From Nemertoderma westbladi (Eukaryota > Animalia > Xenacoelomorpha), in assembly GCA_032718475.1 (NCBI GenBank), contig JAUCBJ010005935.1:62001-126000 (forward strand): a stretch of 64,000 nt of DNA, written 5' to 3'. Position 1 is the stretch's first letter, and each line of letters starts with the position of its first letter. Shown one piece after another: positions 55,201-64,000 of this stretch. The notes under the pieces were generated by a model that made no database searches, was not told the origin of the DNA, and saw only the letters and a list, made by a program, of their open reading frames with translations. A program made the translations under genes and the position numbers.

Positions 55201-55468
55201 GTCAGTTGAAGAATTCAAGAGTTGGTTTTTCAAAGCGTTACCAGAATCTGCTGCGGGTAAGAAGTTATCCTTCCAGGTTGTAGGTAACATGAGAAACGAT
55301 CCCAACTTCATGGATAATCTTGAGGAAAGTCTACCGGAGAAGGGGATCACATTGGAAACAGGACGCCATGGTGATAACGATACAAAAGACGTAGCAACCG
55401 GTCGCAAATTCATTAAAAATATTATGGAGTTTCAAAACAAACTTCGTCTTTACCCAGTGTCTATATAA
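52253..55468 (+). CDS. NRDC: Nardilysin (M16A metalloendopeptidase), single uninterrupted 1071-aa ORF
   Basis: AALCVGAGSFDDPDGLPGLAHFLEH-type region (HxxEH), ENAYTDHERTVF, third ligand in DSEF, LSSLLGHEGEGS, LRTKEQLGY. An N-terminal insertion before the catalytic motif favours nardilysin over IDE. AATAAA at 55478. Confidence 0.9.
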   Translation: MSSKNLLADIPLNYSEPVIKGPADNKHYKPFTLEGSGIKVLLIQDVVKFGKPIERPSLESLFKKNNEKQGLSSVEDDVETVNDVSGSSSSSSSGTSCLLSDKYIRNSSILTSEEKKAAVALCVGAGSFDDPDGLPGLAHFLEHMLFMGSKKYPKENSWETFIDEHGESENAYTDHERTVFHFSIQQEFLKEALERFASYFISPLFDKDSMKKELKALDSEFQMKSTTDCHRQEQVLQTTVKPSHPMSRFFWGNIETLSTIPEREGINVRDRIVKFYEDIYKKRLITICVQSLHPLETVEKWVTKSFSKFHANLETKDENIERVFLKKYPFIRESFNKILHIRPIFDHNKICVTWSIDSTFQFYKEKPLVFLSSLLGHEGEGSIINYLRKRLWAVEIVAGQTDSGFEDNSFQSLFHVDIFLTHDGLKNVMTVINIVHQYINMLNRCQPYDWLWSDIANISQLEFVFRSETDPEINVDNIACAMQKYNPEDYLIGDYLVLTSGSEVVDTVLHLLTPRAANYRLVSKHYFTNKFNLVEPWFGTQYGVEDIPEDQNNTWETDQQLEYLHLPPQNKYIPHDFAIKWDDNTCNSYDADELIKYRKKPTLICDNLGCQVWFQPDLKFRVPKAYVKFHLMTNFNYRAPFEFVTGQLLAMIIMQRLAPVLYNARSADMNYRVYTGHLGLVLSLHGYNDKLLLLMKTVIRFIAEFECCQEVFDVAKKMFARECQNAMRNPQILCKEMRLRVLPQSYWNTRDQYQILESIHLSDLRTYLNRLLHNLHINGLIQGNLTKEDALEYVDVVISQLQLGVLDKWAIPHLRVYEIPWGQHVLRVRNPMAGDVNSVTSNYYQFGSSTIDTLLMMEILTDFLVEPVSEILRTKEQLGYDIRCEMRPIFGTIGFHIQVIYQIDRHSPNHVDNKIEECLTTMKRKIRLMSKHMFGELVEGLISSKVAEENSLGEEVSRNWREILNRTYLFNRRVHEISHLTKLSVEEFKSWFFKALPESAAGKKLSFQVVGNMRNDPNFMDNLEESLPEKGITLETGRHGDNDTKDVATGRKFIKNIMEFQNKLRLYPVSI

Positions 55469-55698
55469 ATAGCAACAAATAAATGGTCATTCATAATATA
55501 CAAAAGTACACGCAATTAAACGTGCGTGCATAATAATATCGAACATATTTAGTACTATTATGTATAGAACCATTGTACTCTACAGGCGGGGCGTTCATAA
55601 AGTATGTCCCGCAAAAGGGGGGGGGGGGGTCTAGCTTGCGTGACATTTTGTGACAAGGGGGGGGGGGTTGACTTTTGTGACAGTCACGGCGATGTTCT

Positions 55699-55998
55699 AC
55701 GGTATGCTTTAATGGTAGCTTGACTTTGACTAACACATTTGTAGATGAGTAGTTATGGACTACAACACTGAAGGAAATAGTTGGTATATATTCGATTCGT
55801 AATCATAATATCGTTGTTATGCCGGAATTCTTATGTTAGTCACTAAAAACCTAGGTGTAGGGTTCATAGGAACAAAGTTCGAATCCTATTGGAACAAAGT
55901 TCGAATCCTATTGGAACAAAGTTCACAACTATTGGTACAAAGTTAGCAACCCATTTGAAAAAAGTTCACAAAAGAAGGTTTTGGAACAAAGTACCGTA
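55699..55998. mobile_element. Small TACGG...CCGTA-bounded element carrying inverted copies of the 21-bp satellite unit
   Basis: ttggaacaaagttcgaatccta-type repeats at 55868-55992 are the reverse complement of the 43.7-45.6 kb unit; ends tacggta / taccgta. Confidence 0.45.
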
Positions 55999-56217
55999 CA
56001 CGAGATTAAATGACCTTGTGTAGATGGCCAAAGGGAAAGTGCTGTTTGTAGCTTGTAGGTAGTGTTGTCAAATTTGTCGTAGATAGGGTATACAGTATAT
56101 AAAGAGGAATTATTTATATTGCTTGTTTACACATTACGCTATTTGATTTCTGTTTCCAGTTCCAATGAATAAACTCAATTGTTAAATACCAATAATTACT
56201 ATTCTACTGGTACTTAC

Positions 56218-56293
56218 CCTGACACAACGAGGCTGTCCATAGCAAGAACAGCCCCAGTTGCAGCCACAAAGTAAAATAAAACGGGCCACCCAT
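56218..56293 (-). CDS. Cadherin exon 1: start codon and signal peptide
   Basis: ATG at 56293, MGGPFYFTLWLQLGLFLLWTASLCQ g|gtaagt. Hydrophobic core, perfect donor, and phase 1 completes Ala with exon 2. Confidence 0.78.
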
Positions 56294-57539
56294 CGTTTGT
56301 GGCACTATGTGTGGCCTTCCACACCTAACACCCCGTCATTCCAATGAAACTGAATGTATACAAATTTTAACTTTTTATAAATTTATTATAATTCATAAAT
56401 TAACAAGTGTTTAATATACTTATTTGAATTTCAAATGAGGGTCTCTTTACTGGCAGTGGGAGAGACAAAATTAGCCTTAATTAACTTTAGTATATATACC
56501 GGTACCGTAACTGATAGTTGTTGTTGGGTGGGGCCACTTTAGTTGCCAGGTAACTTAACTACTAATATCATTTATTAACATGGGGTTCCCTCAATCACTC
56601 TGCTGGAAAATGTAAAATATTAGCCAAATTCCGCCCTCCCTAAATATGTATATAAGCCAACTCTACCACTAATTAAATAAATACTGTAAATCATTCATAC
56701 GTATTGGCAAACCTCGGCTGGTCTTAGGTAGATGATGGGTGATAATGGATGATAAAAATGCTTAATATATATTTAAAAACTTAGGTAACTAATTAATAAG
56801 CACCAAAATAAATATAAATGATTTAAATAATAATACTAATTATAAAAGCTGTAATACAGACACATTAAACAAAAAATTCGATTTACGTTAGGTACGAATC
56901 ATTTTATTAAAAGTTGAAAAAATTGTAGATATAGCTGACAACAAACATCGCGAATCATTGAAACATATTTTATTCTATTGGATCTAATACTAATGATCAG
57001 ATTTCACTGTGCGAAATTCCGGCATACCCAGAAACAATGTCGGCCAAGTAGAAGGCCTACTTTATCCAAATAATCTTACTGAACCATTATAAAGCTAATA
57101 ATTACAGAAATAATACATATCAATAATAATAATAATAATAATAAACACAATAGTGAAACACTATAAATAATACTGTACAGTAACTACTCATCAAAAGTCT
57201 TAAGTGTGTTCATGATACAGTAGAACCGTAAAGATGTCAGAGGACATCATGGTCCGCGGTGCTTTCATACAGTAGTATCTGGTGGCGTGATCCATTTGAG
57301 GACAGATCTAATACTTTACATACTATGAAATTGTTGCGTGTGTCTCAATGAGCTGTAGGTTTGATTATATTGCTATACAGCATTGTAGACAAAGTACTGA
57401 GAGCAGTCCTGTTATGGGAGAACTTCTAAGTTTGTAGCATCTTCTATCACACCTACTGTAAATATCCTAGATATAGAAGACCAATCTCTTTAAAGGGAGA
57501 TGGTACCCCAGGCTATCCCCGTACATTTTACTATTAAAA

Positions 57540-60500
57540 CCCACGAAGGCCCACAGGGGTCAAATCTGACCCCAAGCGTCACTTTGCCTCTACTAAACAC
57601 TGTTAAACTATTTGAAATATGCTAAAACTTTACTAATTCGTTACCTTATGTATTATAAACCTCCCTAGCATAAAAATGTTAAAAATATTTAATTGGAATT
57701 TTTTTTAATTGAATTTAAAGTTTTGAACCACGCGCATGACCGAGTGGGGTCAGAATTGACCCCACTAATAATTTATATGTAAAACTAAACTTATGATTAA
57801 ATATCTAATTAATTTAGCTAAGCTAAAAGACAAATGATGTTACATATAATGTTACCAGATGCTATGAAGACCATATCCTGTCTGTCTGAGTTTCTGTCTG
57901 TCTGAGTTTCTGTCTGTCTGAGTTTCTGTCTGTCTGAGTTTCTGTCTGTCTGTTCATAAAAATTGTACACATTTACCATTACATATTTAACAGTTACTTT
58001 TCAAAATTTCAGCCAGTGAGGTGATTGAATAATGACAAATCAACGGCCGGTTTACTCATGTAGGCATATCTGTCACTAGCAGGGGACCATGCAGCTATGC
58101 ATAGCTACACAGGTACAGTATCTATGTAGCTACCTGCAGTAGAAATAGTATTACCCCGGCCCCATACAGCCATACCTATTGAAATAGGCTAACTGTACTT
58201 CAGTATCAAAATGAATGTAGGCTAGGCCTAGGTTTGTAGGGCAGTAGGTTGTAATAATTTTGCACCCATTGCTGGTTTGGTTATTTTATTTAGATTATGT
58301 ATGTAGGCCTATTGATCAGCTGAACAATGGATAAAGATCTGCAGCGGAGGAGAATTCAGAGGATCGATCGATTTTATGAACCTCCTGAGGTACTCTCACA
58401 TAATGACGATAATGATGGTCAAGCTAGCGACACTGGGAACGAGAATGAGGTCGATTTGATTGAGACAATAGATTCCGAGCTCAAACTGTCAAACGAAGAC
58501 TATTCCTATGAAGAGGAAAATAGCCCAAGCATTACCCGTGGTTTACCCGTGGTTTACCCGTGGTATCTACTGCTTCGGGTTCGGGTTCGGCAGACAGGAC
58601 TAATGCTTCTGGTGGGCCTACTGCAAAGGTCAGAAGGTGTCGCGGTGTTCCAAGAAATGCTCCCACCATCCCCCTTCTTCAGGTCATAAACCTTTTTTAT
58701 CTCGAAAAGGTAACATTCAGTGGGACAGTGATCCAGTTACACCAGTGCGAGAAAAAAATCGATTAACATTGTACGAGAGACTCCAGGATTACCTCAACAT
58801 GTAAAAACAAAAAATTTCATGTCTGCTGCAGATGTATTACTACATTTTTTAAACGATTCTCAAATTAATATTATTCTTTCAAACTCCAACGTAGAACGTC
58901 TGCGAGTTTTAAAAGAAGATACAAATCCATTCCAATGAAAAGAACTCCTTGGATTTATTGGAATCCTCTTTTTCGCTGGGATTCAACACGATTCAAGATT
59001 ACCTATTCATAAATTGTTTAATTTAACATATGGGCGACCCATATACAATGCCACGTTATCACGAAACAGATTTACAGAATTTTTACGTTTCTTGCGTTTT
59101 GACGACAAGAGAACAAGATCTACTCGAAGAGAAAACGATCAACTTGCACCCATTAGAGAATTTTGGACGGAACTAATTCGAACTATTAAATCATCATATA
59201 TACCGGCACCGGGGCTGTTTACAACGGTGGATGAAATGTTGACCCCATTTCGTGGAAGTTACCCTTTTACATTTTAGGCAGTATATTAAGTCTAAACCAG
59301 CTAAGTATGGAATCAAAATATGGTGGATTTCCGACGCTACTACATTTTACCCGTTTAATGGGCAAGTGTATACTGGTAAGGAAGATAAATCACCTGAAAC
59401 TAATCAATGTAGGCGAGTTGTTTTAGATCTTATTGAAACAATAAGGGGATCGGGAAGAAATATGTGCAGATAAATTTTTTACCAGCCTGGACCTTCTGTC
59501 TGAACTTTATAAATTAAAATTAACTTATCTCGGAACAATGAGGATAAATAAACCGGAAATCCCATATGAAATGTTGCCTTGTCCTCGGAGACCTCTGAAT
59601 TCTTCCGTTTTTCGATTTCTTCCAACTTGTACGATTGTGAAATACGTTCGGAAAAAATCGAAATCAGTTACACTTATTAGCTCCCTTCACTCAGATGCAG
59701 GTCTAGAACAAGAAGAGAAAGCTCGTCCTGATATTATAATCATCATAAAGTTGGTGTTGATTGCATGGATAAAATGGCTGGAATCATGACAACACGGAGA
59801 GCCACACGAAGGTGGCAAATACTATTTTATACATCATTAGATATTTATGGAATTTGTTCCTTTGTGGTATACAATCTAAAGTTTCCAACTGCGCAAAAGA
59901 CATGAAGGAACTTTCTGTTCGAAGCTTCTGAAGAACTTATGAAGCAATCAATACTTAGTCGTAGTATCTCAAGGAATATCCCCGAACCTGCTAGAAACAT
60001 TGTTGAGTCTTACTCACCTGTTGAGTCTCGATCTTCTAGTCCCTACAGAGAGTCTAATAATAGTCCAAAGTGACGTCGTTGTTCACAGTGTCCACGTGAA
60101 ATGGACAGAAAAACCCCCTTGTCTTGTTCAAAGTGTAATATTCATGTTTGTTTGCTTCACTCTAGTAAAATAGTAGTTTGTAGCTCATGCCACTCTTTGG
60201 GATGAGTGGATCGAGTGAATCTGTCATATATTATACTATATTGTGCTATATTATACCTTACTTATAGGGAATCTCTACTACTATAGGGGTCCTCTACTAC
60301 TACCTATAACATTCTACTAACATAATACTTTGTTACCAGTTTATTTCCAATAATTATTAATTGTTTCGAATAATGAATAATACTTTGTTTCGCTCAACTA
60401 TTAAAATGTTCTACTGTTATCCCCCCCCCCCCCCCCCCCCCCCAGCCCAGTGCAAAAATAATCTCCAATTTGTTATTCAGGTATAATTTCGCGGAACCAA

Positions 60501-60784
60501 CTTATATATATATATATATGTATAGCGAGCAAAAATGATTAAAAATTTGAGTATTACAATGACATTAAATATATTACAAAGTTTGCATTTCTTGTTTAAA
60601 GTAGCCTACCTCCCATCCATCAAAAATGTCATAAAATACTTTCTGAATGATAAAATTATCATTTCCGATCAGTTGTATAAAGTAAAATAGCAAAGTTTTA
60701 CATTCTTAGTTAGAAAAGTACTCGGGGTCAGATTTGACCCCACCTGGTACATAGCGTGGTAAAAAAAACCTGGTCAGGCGTGGG
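57540..60784 (+). mobile_element. piggyBac DNA transposon, decayed
   Basis: Ends cccacg / cgtggg-TTAA; subterminal IRs ggggtcaaatctgacccc (57556) and ggggtcagatttgacccc (60724); transposase remnants inside. Confidence 0.9.
58327..60205 (+). pseudogene. piggyBac transposase pseudogene
   Basis: LSRNRFTEFLRFLRFDD, TVDEMLTPFRG, YIKSKPAKYGIKIW, GVDCMDKM and the C-terminal Cys-rich RRCSQC...CSKC...VCLLH, split by frameshifts and stops. Confidence 0.9.
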
Positions 60785-61382
60785 TTAACACATATGTACC
60801 CATTACGCTGGTTCTACAAGATGGAATTTCATGAAAATTTCCAGAACGGCGGAGTAACTATCGAGACACACCTGGAACCTAAAAAATTTTTTGAGGGTGT
60901 AAGAAATTGAAATTGAATAAGAAATTGGGGGTGTAAGACTCCTGTTCTTCCATTAATTTAATTCGAAATATAAGTGGCAGAGTTTTACCATTACACGTCG
61001 AGTTCACAGAGCTATGTCGGTCAAGTACACGTTCGTGGGGCCTTCGCGCAGCACGAGGCCCAGTTATGAGATACAAGTTAAAATTGTGCGACTGTATCAC
61101 AAAATCAGGTTATGAGAGATTAACCCACACCACCAATTAATCAAAGAAAGGGGGAGGACAGTACGTGTTCACCCCTTTTAATCTGCACCCCCCCCCCCCC
61201 TCCCCCCACCCACCAATACATAACCGCGACATCTACCACCCACGGAAGGGTAGCACGAACTTATTTCCAAACGCACGTTCAATATGCAAAGCCAGGTGGT
61301 TTATAGGAATATAATCAATGCAGTACTCGTCTTCATTATAAGCCTCTTTGCGTTCGACCTGTTTTGTATTAAAATATATTTA

Positions 61383-61754
61383 TTAAACGCAGGCTGATTT
61401 ATAATAATAATACCTAGGGATGCCAGCTTCCAGACTTTCAATCTTTACTGCCGCGCAAACCCCGCAGAGGAAGTTTTGGTTTGAGAGATCAAGCACATCG
61501 GCAATTGGTGTTTCAATTTCGGTCCAGGAACTCTGACAATGGGAGCATTCAATCTTAGCTGTGGTCCATTCCCGTGGTTTCGGCTTCCTTTTCTTCGTCC
61601 CAATGACAGATTCTTCTGAAGACGTTCGATTCGCTTTCAGTTTATTGTTGGCGTTTGTGTTTTGAAGTTGTATTCGAGTGGACAGTCGCGCCGGTTTCGA
61701 GGTAACCATACCGACCTGTGATAAGCGTTGGTTTTGTTGAGTGCCGGTATTCAT
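61383..61754 (-). other. Short ORF with partial PHD-like Cys pattern, possibly a LINE ORF1 remnant
   Basis: Basic N-terminus followed by IECSHC...W...FLCGVC; no associated ORF2 seen. Confidence 0.25.
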
Positions 61755-64000
61755 CTTCTCTCACCTCTTCAATGTCAGATGTTGCAAATACTGATAACAC
61801 GAATAACGGTATATATTTCAATACTTGTCAATAGTAATATATATAATTTAGATAACTATTTTATATCTGTACTGTTGAGCAAACTCTACATAAATTTCAA
61901 CCTGTGTATCGCCGGTAGTGCTGTTGCTGTGCAAGTGCTGAAGTGCTAGTTGCCACCGGTCACGCGGTCAGCCGGTACCGGTAGTAGGGTGGTACCATGG
62001 CCTACTACACACAGGCCATGACAAGGACTTTGCTGTGAAATTAGCGTAGGCTGACTGATGAATTATCAAATATTATATTTTCCATGAATGCAGGGTCCAT
62101 ATTTAAAAGAAGATGACTAGATTTTCGTAAAGAATTTAATTGAAACAGTATTTAATAATTAATAAATTAATTAACGCTCGAGTTCCTGCAGCTTTTATTT
62201 GTTTGTGGCTGCCTCTGGCTATGTTTGTGGCAGGAATGTTTGAAAAGCTAATAAGTCGGTCAATCATGGATGAAATGGAACCAAACTTGGTGCACATGTA
62301 GTCTATAAAAAATTTAGAAATTCTACACACAGACGGACTTCTACAGTTCCCCGGTCTGCCGCTAGGGGGCGAATTAACAGAAACGTAAAAATAGCTGTAA
62401 TTATAGAACCAAAGATCAGATTCATCTGAAATTTAGTAGTAGTTACCTAAGAGCATTGCTTAATTAGAAATTCTACAGAGACTTTTACAGTTCCTGCCTG
62501 CCGCTAGTGGGGAATTGTTAGAGCTCCAGTTCAACGTGCTTAGCACGGTTTAATAAACAATAAATTAAGGGGGTTAAGGGGGCATCTGCCCCTCCGCAGG
62601 TATCTTGGGGGGGGGGGGGGCTTGCCCCCTCCCTAGCGAAAGGTAATGTGGTAAATCCGTACCAGTGGGTACCGACTTGCTCGAAAACAGACCTCTCTGG
62701 GAAAAGACTTCTATTTTTTTTCAAAATTTTGTTACTACCCGGAGATATCCATTATAAAACACTCTGATATTTTTGTAAAATTCTGGAACTTTGGGAATTC
62801 GGGAAAAAATCGGGAAATTTTCTTCAAAGTTTTCTTCTTCGAACTGTAGCTTGTTTCCGAAACGTGCAGTGGCGTGCAGAAGGGGGGGGGGGGGGGGGGC
62901 GCCAAAATTTGAGCAGTAGTGGCATCATAGCCAGCTGATAGTATAATGGTGGTTCCAAGTTTAGCTTATTGATGCTAGACATTTAGCCCATCCAACATAC
63001 AAACATAGTAGTTTGGTTCTGTATTGGTTGCATAGCCTTTCAGCACTGCCCACATTGCACATGTGAAGGTGTCACAGGTGAGAAGGTAGATGTCTCCTGC
63101 GATTGGTCCATGGTATGGTCACTGGAAATATCTCCATTGGTAAGTTCAGTGGCTTTGTGGTTTAAGGCATGTGCAAGTAAATTTAAGCAGTAAATTTCTT
63201 AATATAATATAATTTTGCAATTAAAATAGTCTTAAAATAGTCATTTAATTACTTCAATATTTTACACTACCACACATGTTATGAAAGTTTGTGCGGCTAA
63301 AATACTAAAGTATATTTATTGCCTCGTAAATAATTAAATATAAGATAATTATTTTATTGCGCAGAACACCATCTCCATACCGAAACCTAACTAACCTGTT
63401 CGCGCCGCTGACTTTTTCTAACTCACAACGCGATATTTGTCACGGAGCGATGGTATTTTTACGTTGAGTTGCAATACGCTAATTAATTAGTACTTTAATA
63501 GGCTTAATGAATATATGAAGTGTATGTATAGATTACGGTGCCCGGAATGTAATTGAACCGGACAACAATCGGACACAAAGGGCTGTCAATCACACACAGT
63601 GCACTGGCAATAAAGGGCAGAGAACAAATGGCTTGACACTCACCGTGTGCGGCAAATAGCTCCCCTTGTTTCCCTTTAATCGTTGAACAACGTCTTGTGT
63701 TATATCTTTCTTCATATATTACTTTCAATGCAGATTACAGTATATACCGTATATATCAAACTTATTATACACTTAATAATTAATGATTTATAAATACTGC
63801 ATAACTATTAAATTTAGTACTATTTGAACTTAATTTTATTGCTTTCCTATAGCAACTCTATCGCGTTACGATGAGGGATAAATTAATAATCACCGCTCAA
63901 TATTAAACCAAGGCCTTATATACCACATAACAAATAGGTATGTCCTATACACAAGTACAGCAGCTGCGATTGCCCTAGAAATTGAACCAATCACAGCGTC

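Noticed and set aside
62560-62910. G-rich tracts as a gene or regulatory element
   Set aside because: They look like fragments of small DNA-transposon ends (e.g. cagtggcg...), and no boundaries or TSDs could be defined.

Overview
AT-rich animal (invertebrate-like) genomic DNA, dominated by one very large minus-strand gene that the ORF track misses. It is a PCDH15/CDHR5-like non-classical cadherin. I reconstructed 17 coding exons with GT-AG sites and consistent phases. They run from a signal-peptide exon (ATG 56293) through about 7 cadherin domains in 15 small exons, into a giant exon (18753 to <1) that leaves the window with no stop found. That exon encodes about 42 tandem 133-aa units in two arrays. 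Each unit is a Cys-rich, Ca-motif-degenerate cadherin-like domain plus a Thr/Pro mucin-like linker. The arrays are separated by a duplicated [cadherin-cadherin-SEA/MAD-like] module, and the predicted protein is >7,090 aa. Intron 3 is almost entirely a 53-bp satellite built from the exon 3 end and its splice donor (each unit resembles a GT...CTAAT...CAG mini-intron), interrupted by a Ty3/Gypsy 3' remnant. Intron 1 holds 21-bp and 48-bp satellites, several MITEs and an intact, uninterrupted nardilysin ORF on the opposite strand. A decayed piggyBac lies upstream. Translations and counts were done by eye, and no database searches were run.
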